Shown here: positions 1 through 12,331 of the stretch, one piece after another
Position numbering within the stretch: the stretch's first letter is position 1
How the letters are laid out: every line of letters begins with the position of its first letter
From: Lama glama
Taxonomy: Eukaryota
DNA length: 64,000 bases
Reading direction: 5' to 3'
Assembly (NCBI GenBank): GCA_028534125.1
Contig: CM052818.1
Coordinates: 24,988,001-25,052,000, forward strand
Notes under the pieces: generated by a model
Database searches by the model: none
Told to the model about the DNA's origin: nothing
What the model saw: the letters and a program-made list of their open reading frames with translations, nothing else
Translations under genes and position numbers: made by a program

Positions 1-993
1 ACCTGCTTTGCTAGACTGCCTTCCAAGCAAGCTATTTTTCAATCATGATATGAGTGTGCAGTGACCAAAATCAACTGGGAAAATGGGTCAGAGAGTGACA
101 AGGTTGTGGGGAGCAAGTGGGGTGGTGTTGGAAGGAGTACCTCTTTATTTGCTAGATGCTCTTAGAAGATCTTTGAATAAAGAAATGATTTAAGCTGGGA
201 CCTGAATGACCTGAGTCACCAGAATGAGCCAGTCCTACAAAGAGTGACTCTGGGCTGAGAGGAAGCAGACACAGAGGCCCTCTGGCAAGACTGACATCTA
301 GGAAGACACCAAGTCCTCCTGGGGCTGGAGTCTAGTAAGCAGAAGAGAGCATGTTATGAAATTAAGCCAGAAAGATAGACAAGAGCCCTGGAATGAAAAC
401 TGCTGGGGGTATTAAGTAGGGAAATGAAGTGATAAGATTTATATGCTTTTTAAAGATTGTTATAGATACTGGGTAAAGAAAAAATTGATTCCAGAGCAGG
501 TTAGGGAGGGGACAAGACACAGGGAGACCAGTTAGGAAACTATTGTAGGTATTCAGACAAGAGCTGATGATGTCTTGAACGAGGTGAGCAATCGAGAATA
601 AAAAAAGTGGGCCGATTGTGGATATATCATGGGGAAAACCTGATGTGAGCTGGTGATAGATTAGATAGAAGGGAGATAAAGAGAATTTCTTGAGAAAAAT
701 CCTTGGAAAGTAACTGATGGGAATGCAAGGATAAAGAATCAACATGTTTCAGCCTTGTTCATTTTGAGGTCCCTATTAGACATCCCAGTGGGAATGTCAA
801 GAAGACAGTTGGATCTACAGTATAGAGTTCAATAGCAAGTTCAGGGAAGAAGACAGAAATTTGAAGGTTATCATGTATACATAATAGTGTTACTTTATTT
901 TAAAAATTAATTGTTCAGGTTAAACATCGCCGTTTTTCACACCATCCACAAAATATTATATTATGCATATGAAAAATAGTTGACATGAAAAGT

Positions 994-1493
994 NNNNNNN
1001 NNNNNNNNNNNNNNNNNNNNNNNNNNNNNNNNNNNNNNNNNNNNNNNNNNNNNNNNNNNNNNNNNNNNNNNNNNNNNNNNNNNNNNNNNNNNNNNNNNNN
1101 NNNNNNNNNNNNNNNNNNNNNNNNNNNNNNNNNNNNNNNNNNNNNNNNNNNNNNNNNNNNNNNNNNNNNNNNNNNNNNNNNNNNNNNNNNNNNNNNNNNN
1201 NNNNNNNNNNNNNNNNNNNNNNNNNNNNNNNNNNNNNNNNNNNNNNNNNNNNNNNNNNNNNNNNNNNNNNNNNNNNNNNNNNNNNNNNNNNNNNNNNNNN
1301 NNNNNNNNNNNNNNNNNNNNNNNNNNNNNNNNNNNNNNNNNNNNNNNNNNNNNNNNNNNNNNNNNNNNNNNNNNNNNNNNNNNNNNNNNNNNNNNNNNNN
1401 NNNNNNNNNNNNNNNNNNNNNNNNNNNNNNNNNNNNNNNNNNNNNNNNNNNNNNNNNNNNNNNNNNNNNNNNNNNNNNNNNNNNNNNNNNNNN
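994..1493. other. Assembly gap (500 N)
   Basis: Run of exactly 500 N; round length suggests a placeholder scaffold gap. Confidence 1.
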
Positions 1494-1692
1494 TGTCAAG
1501 AAGACAGTTGGATCTACAGTATAGAGTTCAATAGCAAGTTCAGGGAAGAAGACAGAAATTTGAAGGTTATCATGTATACATAATAGTGTTACTTTATTTT
1601 AAAAATTAATTGTTCAGGTTAAACATCGCCGTTTTTCACACCATCCACAAAATATTATATTATGCATATGAAAAATAGTTGACATGAAAAGT
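1494..1692 (+). repeat. Exact 199-bp copy of 795-993 on the other side of the gap
   Basis: tgtcaagaagacagttgg...gttgacatgaaaagt is identical at 795-993 and 1494-1692. Confidence 0.97.
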
Positions 1693-2809
1693 CAAGAGGC
1701 TTTTCATGAGACTTTCTAGGGAGTGAGTATAACCAGAAAAGACAGCAGAAGTCTGTCACGGAGGAAGCAGCCACGGAGACTAAGAAGCAGCAGCTGGTAA
1801 GATGGGAGGAAAACCTGCAGAGGCTGATGTCACAGAAGCCAAGAGAAAACAATAGTATTTCTACCAAAAGGAAGACAATGGTGTAGAATGCTGCTTAGAG
1901 GCTGAGTAACAAGAGGACAAAGAAATGGTCAGTTTGGCAACATGGATTTTGTTGGTTGCCAGGCCAATAAGGGCAAATAGCAGCACATACTCCAGGTGGA
2001 CTGGAGCAGCATTCACGGAGGGAAACGAAGACACAGGAGCAGCAGTAGATGTGGGGATGCCCTGTTGCAATGCACAGAGATCTAGCAGGACTGGACATCA
2101 GATTCCAGGAGAGGGACCACAGCCACTGGGCTGAGGGGTTTTCACCCTGTATAATTGGAGGTCCAAAAGTGGAATGCGTTGTGTAACCTTGGCTCCAGTC
2201 CTGTTCTTCCAGTTCAGCATTTGTCAATTAAGGGAGAAGCAGTCCTTCCCCATGGCACAATGAGGAGGCTGAAGTCCAACTCTTGTGGTTGACCACTCAA
2301 GCAGTTGGCCATGGTTAGTTTTGATGGGGGCCAACTCCTATCCTGGATAACCAGCTTGCTTAGGATCAGTCCTGGAAAAGTTAACCCTTACCTATCTTGA
2401 TAAGAAGAGCTTCCATGAAGTGGTGAAATGAAGAGAGACTCAAATGAGAGGAAGTGAAAAAGCGAGTGAAGACAACACTTTCACGCAGTTCACTGTGAAG
2501 GAGGACAGAGAAATGTAACACAAGTCAGAAGATACGGCCCAAGCAGGGTTCTTTGAAGATAAGATATTCTGAAGCCCTTATGAATGCAGATCTGAGTGAT
2601 CCAGCAGAGAGTGATTGCAGGCATGAAGTCTTTCAACTGCAGGGGGACACGTGTTCCACTGTAATGGAATGGAAGGAAGAGCGCACTGCTGACAGGTGTA
2701 TAGATTTGGTGATGGGGAGATCAAGGTGTCTCATGAAGGTTTCGTTTCCTCAGTCAAGGGGAGTCTAACAGGTCAGTTACTCTAAGAGGCTTTCAGGGGA
2801 CCCCCAAAC

Positions 2810-3010
2810 TATACCTATCTGTATGTTCCAAAAAGACCTTCACTTATTCTTTCTACTGATAACATTGTGTTGTAATTTTCTGCTTACTTGTCTATACCCC
2901 TGTCTAGGCTATTAGCTGCTTTGAGAACAGGTTATCTTGATTATCTTATCACGCCCACAGTATCCAGCACATCGCAGATATTCAATCATTATTTCTTAAA
3001 TGATGGAACT
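2810..3010 (+). mobile_element. L2 3' end fragment
   Basis: ttacttgtctatacccctgtctaggctattagctgctttgagaacagg...cacagtatccagcac...tattcaatcattatttcttaaatgatgga resembles the L2 3' terminus. Confidence 0.65.
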
Positions 3011-3454
3011 AATTGTGATTAGATGGAAGGAATATGAGAGATAATTTTTCTTCCTTCTACTTTTTCAGTATTATCCAAATGTCTACAATAAGCAAATGCT
3101 ACTTTAAAAGTAGAAGAAACAAATTCAGTTAAAGTCAATACAATAAATATAAAGCTGAAACTAAAAACAAAGGTACAGTATGACAGATAGTATTAAAGAT
3201 ATAAAGATGTAGAATGATGATAAAAATTTATCTCATATACTATGGAGAGGATAAAAGGCAGGGAAAAAATTGGGAAATAAAACAAAAAATCAAAGAGAGA
3301 AAGTAAATACCAGAAGGATTTGGAAGTTGTCACTAGAATATGGTTAAAGTTAATTGTGTAGTTTCTGGTGTTAATTGCATTAATTGCATATTCCTCTCAC
3401 GAATGTTGAGTGAAGTCCCTCTGGTGTAAGAAAAACTCTTAAGGTCGATGGACT

Positions 3455-3959
3455 GTAATCCTAATGTACTGCTGTGTAACTTAGTGGCTCAAAACAAAAA
3501 ATAAACATTTATTATCTCACAAAGTTTCTGTGGGTCAAGAATTTGGGAGCAGCTTAGCTGGGTGGTTCTGATTCTAGAGGTTACAGTCAAGACGTCAGCC
3601 GGGGCTGCAGCCATCTGAAGGCTTGAATGGGGCTGGAGGCTCTGCTTCCAAGATAGGTCACCAAAGAAACACTAATTTGGGGCAGAAGGCCTCAATTCCT
3701 CCCATGTGGGGCCTTTCCACGGATCACTGCGGTTCTCCCAGCATGGTGACTGCTTCCCTCAGGGTAAGTGATTGTTCAGCAGAGACAAAGGGAGCAAGAC
3801 AGAAGTCACAGTGTCTCTTATAAGCTAGTATCAGAAGTCATGCACCATCATTTCTGCAATATCCCAGAGGGTACAAGTATCAGCCTACTTAATGTACAAG
3901 AGGGCATGAATACCAGGAGGTGGAGATCATTGGGGCAATCTAGGAGGCTGGCTACCACA
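3455..3959 (-). mobile_element. MaLR solo LTR (MLT1F/H-like)
   Basis: Reverse complement begins tgtggtagccagcctcctagattgccccaatgatctccacctcctggtattcatgccc; contains acttagtggctcaaaacaa...atttattatctcaca...tttctgtgggtcaagaatttgggagcagcttagctggg. Confidence 0.88.
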
Positions 3960-4780
3960 TGGATCATCAGGAAAAACTGAGAAAAGGGCCCCCTAATCTG
4001 CAACAGTACAACACATCTGAATGAATGAGGCAAGATAAATAGAGTCCATTTCAGTTTAAGGCTTTCGTATTGAAATGGCAGAAAATAACAGCAATAGAAA
4101 AGCAAACATCAGATTCTACCTGCCTCTATTAAAAGACTGACTACAAGTGTGAATCTACTTTAGATTTTTCTTTGTTTTTTTTAAGTGAAAAGGGGTACTG
4201 TCCAGAATACAGTGGCAGAGTGGAGCATAAAGACTGGTAATCTCAAAAGGAAAAATAAGCAAAGTATATACAAAGACATAGTAAATGAAGTCTATTTCCA
4301 TTCAAAACAGAGATTGGTGGTGGGTTTATCACTGAAGACATTTTTCAAGCTCTTTAAAAGTTTGTAAATATATGGAATATATCACATAACAAAATATTAA
4401 TTAAATTTATATCTGAGGTTTCATGTATTCAGTGTATGCTCTCTCCCGCAATTCCCCAACCTCTCCTCCCCATGCCCTGAATTTAATTTTTCCACTTAAC
4501 TCTCCTTTGTTCACATCCAAGGATGTGTCCTGGCTGCTACAGTCAGAATGCAGGAGCAGAATTTCTAAATGATGGGGATTAGTGATGGAGAAGATAAAAG
4601 GAGAAGTGAGATTAGGAAAAATAAAGTAAGAGTTGATGATGACAGCCCCTACATACACCAAGGAGAGGGTGGATGCTTTTTAATTCCCTTAGGATGTAAA
4701 CAAGGAAGTGGAGGCATCAAATCTCTGCCTTCCTGGTCAGTTGCACTTTCTCCTTTTCTTAGGCAGATCACTCCAAGAGC

Positions 4781-4892
4781 TAGAGCCATCAAACATCCCG
4801 GTTTTCCCAGGATGGAATGTTTTCCCAACATGTAGGATGTTTAGTGCTAAAATCAGGACAGTCCTAGGCAACTGAGACAATTGGTCACCATA
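4781..4892 (+). mobile_element. hAT-Blackjack MITE (MER94-like)
   Basis: catcccggttttcccaggatgg...ttagtgctaaaatcaggacagtcctaggcaactgagacaattggtcaccat matches the remembered MER94 layout. Confidence 0.75.
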
Positions 4893-7059
4893 TCTATTGA
4901 GTTTTTTTTAAGCACACATGTGAAATCCAGGTTCACTTCTGGGCCCCTACTCCTTTCCTTCATGTACATGACAATCAAATATTCTTGATCAATTCTTATA
5001 AAATTCAAGAATAGAAAGGAAATGTACATAAAAGAACTCATTCGAAAAAAGACAAAGCCACATCTAAACTCTAAATAAACCATGGCAAAATGTTTTTGGG
5101 GACTATAAATTAGTATTTGGAGAGGATAGATAATGAGGGCAAAATGAATGTTATGGGTAAAAGACAGAGGGTTTCTTTTTTTTAAGTAGAAAGATAAAGC
5201 TCTGAGACTAATGGTCCTGGGGATCAACTGAAATACAGTTGCCAACAGCTGTGTTAAAAAAAAAAAAAGTCAGAAGAGCTGGATCAAAAAGGAAAAGATT
5301 ATAGAAAAAGAGAAGAGAGACATAAGGGAGGGGAAAATAATATTAGCATATTCTGTTAAGAAAAATTAATATGCAATTATAAGTATTTAAGTATTCATAC
5401 TATGTAAATGCCTTTTGCAAATGAGATTATAGATTTGCTTGCAAACAGTAACTGTACTAAATAACTGTAAGGTGCTATTATTTAAAACAACAACAACAAT
5501 AACTAGTGGATAATATTGGCAGCAGTCCCAACAGAAATCTCAAGCTTCCAGGAAGACCCTATCTATAAAGAAATGTGCACTGCTCACAGCATCCCCACAG
5601 CTCGACAGGGCTTAGCAAACGAGAAATAAATATTTCTCTCTGGGTTCTCCCTTGAATTGAAATGGATTGGCTTGCTGGACAGTAACATGGTGAGTTTCAG
5701 GATGGAGGTTCAAAGGACAGAATCCTCGGGCTTATGATTGCCCCATAAAGTTTCTCTGTGGGACCAGGACAAATTTAGACAGGACCTCAGTTCAAGTAAA
5801 TGGCCCTCTAGCTCTGGTGCTTGTCACTGTAAACATGGCTCTGCAGCTCCCGTCCACTCAAGTCCCCTCCTCCCCTTCATCCCCAGCACTGACGAAGCAC
5901 CAAGACCACAGGGGAAGCTGAAGTTGCTGTGTGTTTGGAGCAGTTCTGCAGGACACAGCAAAATCCAAAATGGATTGTGACCTGCTGATAATCTTTCCCA
6001 GCGAACCAAGTGATCATTGATTAAAAATAGCTTTGAACGTGTATCACACATCTATTTCAGGCCTTGTTTTATTTGGAATGCAAATACTGCTGGAAGCCAG
6101 AGCTGCATGAGCAGCAGCTGGAAATCTACTCAGACATTCTAGCCAATTCACGTCAAGCCCCGTTGGTAAATTAATGCCATTCTGCGGTCTCAGTGAAGGG
6201 AAGATTGTTAATTATGCCCTACTGCCCAGTGGTTTCTATTATGGACACATCTGGACTGAGAGGCCCATTTGAAATCCCCAATCTCACTGCTTCCCGGAGT
6301 CTAAACCAAGTTGAAAAATTGATTTGTGAGGATGAGAGGGTAGTGCTTACAGACTGCCTCACCCACAGACTCCAGGTAGGCGCTAATGAAAGTCTGTCCT
6401 ACTTTCAAAGGCTCTTTCATGCCTCGGGTGCTCATATTTTTCATGGGTATTTCTTACCGGTTCCTAAAATGCAGTGTTTGGACAGGTTTCTCAGTAAATA
6501 ATAAATAAAACACACACACACACCCATCCCTGCACCTCAGGGCAAAGGAGTTTAGTTTCCACGGCGCCCTCAACCACCGCAGGCTGTGATTATTTTCATC
6601 TCTCTGAAAGGAAGGCGAGCTGGGACCTTGTCTGTTTCGACAGAAAGCCTTTCAAGGAAAGTCTATGCTCTGCATCAAGAGACATAGCTGTTTGTTCTGA
6701 GGAAAACTTCCCTCCAAATGATCGCTGATTTCTTGTTTTGGCAGCGGGAGTGGTGGAGTGGAGACAGCACCGTGGGAGGTGCCATCCTTGAGAAGAGAAT
6801 TAGAACAGATCATCAGTCAAACCCAGGGTGGCTATTCAAATCTGACTGGGTTTTAATTTTAGCCAACGAGCCACTTTCTATCGTACTTAGATTTCAAGTA
6901 ACATAGGTTCCCCAACCTCCCTATGCTCTATTCCCTCTTCCCGTAAGACCACCGGTGTCCACAGAGCGGAGAGCATCCTCAGACCAGGCAGCAGTTCAGG
7001 ATGGAGATGCAGGGCCAGGCTCACCTTGGTGAGTCAGGTGTCCTACATGACTTGATATT

Positions 7060-7655
7060 TTCACCAAGCAAAGGCCAACTGCCCAATGTGCACAGAAGCC
7101 AATACTTAGACATCTGCTTCTGAGAAAAGGAAGAGCTTTATGGCAAGATTGACTGGCAAAAAGACAAGAAGCAAAGCTCTCAAATTTACCTCCTCCATTC
7201 AGGGTTCAGGGTGAAATTTAAGGGGTTAGGGGAATTTCAAACTTGGAAGCTAATTGGCTAGTCTTAAATTAGTCCCTTTAAGCTATTCATGCTGCTGGAA
7301 GCCAGATTTTCCTTATTGAAGGACTTCTCACTTCATAAAGGGCTCCGGTGGCAAACTTTCCATTCTTTGGGTTCCATCAAGGTCACTGTACAGGACCCCT
7401 GGCTCTGGAAACAGCTTCACCCTAAGCTGCTCAAAGCCCACAGGCTACCAGGTGGTAACTTTAGGGAGTGCATCTTGCATTTCTCTACCGTGAATCCAAA
7501 TGCTAAGATGATGAACGGTGCTTCCAGCTGGAGCTAGAGAACTGAGTCAAGAAATGGAATGACAGGTTGGGGTCAGATTTGGAAACTAGGTGCAAATCCA
7601 GATTTATTCAACACTAAGGTTGAGGCCAGAGCTTGGGTTTAGAAACTTTACAACA
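7060..7655 (-). mobile_element. ERV1-class solo LTR (subfamily unassigned)
   Basis: Antisense LTR pattern: caccaagcaaagg...tgccc...gaagccaatac...gagaaaaggaagagctttat...ctcaaat...aggggttagggg. Confidence 0.6.
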
Positions 7656-7664
7656 ACAAAAAAA

Positions 7665-7905
7665 TGCATGGTGCCGTGGAAAGAGCAAGTACTTTGGAAG
7701 TAAACAGATTTACACTCAAATTCCAGTTCCACTGCAAGAACTTTTGGCAATTTCTTTAAGTTTTCTGAGTCTCTGTTTTCCTCATCAGTAAAATAAGGCT
7801 AATGGTGCTTTCTTTGAGAAACTACATGATAATTAAACCAGATAGAATATGGGGAAGGGGGGAAAGCTGGGCTCAGAGTGGGCATTCTGTAAATATGAAT
7901 TATCC
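7665..7905 (+). mobile_element. MIR SINE
   Basis: catggtgccgtggaaagagca...ctgagtctctgttttcctcatcagtaaaataagg (MIR core). Confidence 0.85.
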
Positions 7906-7918
7906 TGCTCCCTTGGCC

Positions 7919-8111
7919 CAGTGGCTCTTGCCCCTAGCTGCAAGTTAGAATCACCTGGGGAATTTTTTAACCCATTCCTATGCCTGAGCCTCCCCTGCCC
8001 CAGAGATTCTGGTATCAGTGATCTGGGACAAGATGCGGTCATCAAAATTTGTAAATGTTGTTAAAATATTTCCAGGAGATTCTGATTTGTTCCCAAGAGT
8101 GAGAACCACTG
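7919..8111. mobile_element. hAT-Charlie MER5A-like
   Basis: cagtggctctt...ttagaatcacctgggga...cccagagattctg...gagaaccactg, with terminal inverted repeats. Confidence 0.85.
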
Positions 8112-8498
8112 CCCAAGTATATTCAAATGAGTATCATCCTTGGATTTGAAGTTTTCTATTATGGTTTAGGCAAATATTTTCTTCACTGGGGCTTAATTTC
8201 TGTATTATTTTAAGAAGGGGAATAATATTCTTATTTTATATTTTTGAGTATATAGTAAGCAATATTTAATAAAGCTCCTGAAAGCAGTAACTGACAATTA
8301 GTAGATGTTCAATGAATATTCATTCTTCTCTTTCTTGTCATTAGTCAGGGAACACACTTGTGCCAAAATATTAATAAAATAAGGACAACAAACATGAGAT
8401 TCTATCAACCATGCAGTTTTGAAATTAAGATAATTACTAACTACCTCAGGCAAACTGCCTTACTAACTTGTGCTGGGACATGAGGTTTAATCCTAGGT

Positions 8499-8693
8499 TA
8501 GAGATGGCAAGTTTGGTGTCCATTTACCCCAGGCCTCCTTGCCATGCTCTTGGCAGACATAACTAATCAGTTACAGCTCTCTCTCCTATGGAGCCCTGAT
8601 GAGGCCCCAAAGTCCTTCAGCACACAGCTCTCAGGCCTACACTAACAATTAATCAGAGGCTAGTGTATGTATTGAAACAAATCTGTCATCTAT
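8499..8693 (-). mobile_element. hAT-Charlie MITE (MER117-like)
   Basis: TIR-like ends tagagatggcaa / ctgtcatctata; internal ggcagacataactaatcagttacagctctctctcc...cagcacacagctctcagg. Confidence 0.65.
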
Positions 8694-9789
8694 ATTTTAG
8701 GTCAGGGCTGCCTTAAACCTACAAATGAGGCATATTTCAGAAATGATTAAGTGGGTTCCTTGGTCAGTAGGGAGTGTGTGGCCACAGATAAAGGCAGACC
8801 CTGAGAGCACCCCGTTTTCTGCAATCTGATAAGCAAAGAATCTTCTCTGCTTTCTGGTGGGTGCTGGGAATGCAGCAGGGAAGAGTAAATACCGAGCTAG
8901 AAATGGAATAGCAATTGCTGCATGGTGCTTGGTGCACTCAGGGTGTCCCTCCCTCCCACAGCTTCCAGAAAGCGTTATCAGACTGTTTTCCAAAAGCCAG
9001 ATTATTTCTCAGACTTAAGAAATGTGACAGTAACCATGGCTGAGTTTGTCTCCTAAGGTGGTGAGCAAAGACTCTAATGAGAAACTCCCAGGAAGCGCAA
9101 GTCAGTGGGTGTTAGCCTGACTTTGGTGCCCGCAGGCTTGTCACAGCAGAGCCCTTGTGAATGCCAAGGCCAGAGGGCTGGTGCGAATGGCTGGGATCCT
9201 CGCCCGCTGTGCCCGTCCAAGGACAGCCAGCACGTCTGAGATGGAGGCTTCTGCTAGTACTCCTTGCGACTGATTAATGCCTTTGAAGGCCATAAGAGTG
9301 TTCACTTGTTACAGAGCAGCCTTAGCCCCTGCTGGGCAGCATCGGGAAGGCTTTGCGCTGATTCCACAGCAAGCCCAGGTTAGCATTCTAATAGCCTGTT
9401 AAAAACTCCTTTACTTGGGACCTTAATAAAATTGTAACTTACTCCACTAAATCTCTCACCCTACTTCCCCTTTTTTTTTCTTTTTTTAAGATCTAGTGCT
9501 TTTCTTTATAAAAATTCAGGAAACAGGAGCTAGGAAATAGAACGACTGCAGATAGAACAGAGTGTTGGTTTTGTTCATTTGGGATTTTGACCACCAAAAT
9601 GTGTTGCCTGCTCCTTCTACTTCCCTTCCCAGCATGGAGGACTCAGCGACTGAGATCACAGGGAGGTGGCAGGGTTTAGGAAGCCATGTAGAGGCATGGA
9701 TGCAGGGAGAAGGGAGTGAGACACAGGGCAAAGAGCATGTGGGGTGTGGAGGTGGTGGGTCGAAGAGACAGCCGGCATGGTTGGGAGAT

Positions 9790-10905
9790 TGAGCCAATAA
9801 GCAAATGTATCAGGATAACAGGAGCCAAAATTCTCATTACCAGTGAAGGTATTAATAAACTTCAAAACAGGGAATCCTAGAAAGAATCCTGAGGTGTTGG
9901 ATTGGAACTGAAGTATCAGTATGAACTTAGCTTTTATTATTATGTGTGTTTGTGTGTGTGAATATGTATGTACACACAGACAGATATGCAAATAGTTATA
10001 GATGTATATGTGTGTACATATGTTTACATATGTAAATACACATATATATTCTACAAATACATATATATATATTTCCTATGTCTGTTCACTGAATGAATGA
10101 GCCTAAAAGTAATGACACCTAATAGCAATTATCCCACTGAGTGCCCAGATCTTAGTTTCTAAATACACTCTTTATTAAAGGAAGCCAGAGATCCTTTTAA
10201 AAAAAAAAAAAAGCTAACTCCAGGGCTGCAACAGAGAAAGTGCAAGTTGAACCTGAAACATCATCTTATGTCAGAAAATAAGGAAGTGCTTAATGAAAAG
10301 TGCAGATCTGCAAAAACATGGATGAAAACATTATGCTGAGTGAAAGAAGCATTACATGAAGGACACATGCAGTCATTCCATCGATGTGAAGTTCTAGAAC
10401 AGAGGTCTATGGTGGGAAAAAACCAGCACAGTCGCTTCCTGGTGGGGGAGTGCTGTGGAGGCAGAGAAGCCTCCCCAGGGAAAGGGCTTGAGGGAGCTCT
10501 CAGGTGCAGTAACATTTTCTTTGGATAGAAGTTTGAGTTACACAGATGTACGTATTAGTTAAAACTCATCAAATGGTACACCTAAGATTTGTGCATTTTC
10601 TGTGTATAAATTTTACCTCAAAAGGAAAGAAAATGAACTATAAACAAATATTAATCTATAGTTGATATGTCTACTGAAACACTTAGGGGAAAGTGCACTG
10701 ATTGATGTCAGCCAATGACTTTGAAATGCATCCCCCAAAATGAGGTCAGTGGATGCAGAGGGAGATAAGGAGATTTGTGATAAAGCAAGTAAAATATTAA
10801 CTGTATAATCCAGATGATAGATACACACCTTCCCTGTAGATTTCTTTCACCTGTTCTGTTTGTTTGAAAATTCCCATAATAAAGTGTTGGAAATTTTTTT
10901 AAAAT
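9790..10905 (+). mobile_element. Old L1 3' UTR pieces (L1MC/L1MD/L1ME-type), probably more than one element
   Basis: gaatcctgaggtgttggattggaa...tgcccagatcttagtttctaaatac...ctaactccagggctg; aaaacatggatgaaaacattatgctgagtgaaagaagc; aaaactcatcaaatggtacacctaagatttgtgcatt; gtttgaaaattcccataataaa. Confidence 0.8.
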
Positions 10906-11599
10906 CCTGCTGTGGACTAAAGTAAGAGGGGAATGCAGGTACTAAGGTGAAACAGCATAATGCAAAGAGTTGGACCAGCTGAGAAGCCTAGACAAGCTGC
11001 ATTGGAGTCTTTCTCCTTAGTCTCATTCCTAAAAGAAATGAGATACGGGAACATCTATGGGTCAGTTCTTCCCATCATCTCAGATCACTCAGAATAGATA
11101 ACCATTTAACCATCAATGGATAGAATGCTATAAACCATCAAATCAATCTAATTCCTTCTAGTTTCTTTTCTTCTGAAAGTGTTACTAGTTAATCACATTG
11201 CTTGAAAATAGCCTGTTTGATATAACCAAATGTCCTTTCATTCCTATTTTAGATCAGTAGTTATCTACTGGGGAATGTGCCTCATTTGAATATATTTTTT
11301 GCTAGTGTATTATAATGGTAATGCATAATATATGAAACATAATTTTCTACTAATTGCTTTTTGCCTACTATACCCCTGGACAGTTTTCCATGTTAGTACA
11401 TATAAATTACATCATCTGTAAAATAGAAACATGATAATTGTGAAGATAAATTTAGTTAATATATTTTCTGCTCAATTTTGCTGTGAACCTGAAACTGCTC
11501 TAAAAAAATAAAGACTATTAATTTTAAAAATTTAGTTAATATTTATAAATAACTTAGAACAATGTCTGGCTCATAGTAGTTGTTTAAGATTAGCTATTG

Positions 11600-12005
11600 T
11601 TATTTCATTGCAAAGATGTTTCATAATTTATATAATTTATTGATGTGCACATATAGGTTACTGTTAGTTTTTCCCAACTACAAACAACATGAAATTGAAC
11701 AATCTTATACATATATCTAGATATATTATAAATACCACTAGGATAAATTCCTAGAAGTAGAAGTTCTGGGTCACAGAGAAGGTACTCTGTACTGCTTATA
11801 TATCTATTGTTTCTCAGCCAAACCCCAACCTCCCACACGTTTTTTTTTCCCCACTTTGGGGTAGAAATCTATAAACTCCCTTTCCCAGACTGCCTTGCCA
11901 GCTGGCTTCTTTTTGATTTCCAGGAAGATATTGCCAAACCAACTACCAAAATGGTTGCATCTGTTTGAATTCCCACTAACAGTATATCAAAGACTTTCTT
12001 TGCCT
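11600..12005 (-). mobile_element. L1ME-type fragment, with a probable ERVL LTR fragment at ~11800-11920
   Basis: ctaggataaattcctagaagtagaagttctgggtcacag...tattgccaaa...aaaatggttgcatc...attcccactaacagtatat; insert has aactccctttcccagactgccttgccagctggcttc. Confidence 0.65.
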
Positions 12006-12034
12006 ACTTACGGAGTTTTAAAAAAAAACGTAAA

Positions 12035-12310
12035 AAAATACAGCTATAGTGCCCCAATCTAGACCTTCGAAGCAGGAACCTACAGGGATGGGGCCCAGGC
12101 ATCTGTGTTTTCTAAGAGCATCACAAGTGATTCCAATGCATGGCCGATGAGAACCATTGTTCTAGATCTTCATTCACAAAGTGTGTCCCTAGATCAGCAG
12201 CGTGGGCACTACCTGGGAGTTTGTTAGAAATACAGAAGCTCAGAAACTGCAGCTTAACAAGATCCCCAGGGGATTCAAGTGCACATTAAGGCTGAAGAAA
12301 CACTGCTCTA
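12035..12310. mobile_element. Two adjacent MER5-type hAT-Charlie fragments
   Basis: gggatggggcccaggcatctgtgttttc...gtgattccaatgca...gagaaccattg; cacctgggagtttgttagaaatacaga...ttaacaagatccccagg...tgaagaaacactg. Confidence 0.8.
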
Positions 12311-12331
12311 TAAATGATGCCATCAGACGAG

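Larger units (their letters stand above)
150..2760 (-). mobile_element. LINE L2 (L2a/b-like) fossil, interrupted by the N gap and an unassigned insert at ~1960-2395
   Basis: L2 antisense hallmarks: gggagaccagttaggaaactattgtagg..., ttgaggtccctattagacatcccagtggg...gttggat, tgtcacagaagccaagagaa, tttggcaacatgga...ttgataagaagagc. Boundaries approximate. Confidence 0.85.

Noticed and set aside
362..745. 127-aa minus-strand ORF
   Set aside because: Lies inside an L2 fossil; at best decayed L2 coding remnant, not a host gene.
915..1524. 194-aa and 179-aa ORFs
   Set aside because: They are almost entirely X, produced by translating the N gap.
1895..2227. Cys-rich 110-aa ORF
   Set aside because: Non-ATG start, spans the insert/L2 junction, no recognisable domain spacing.
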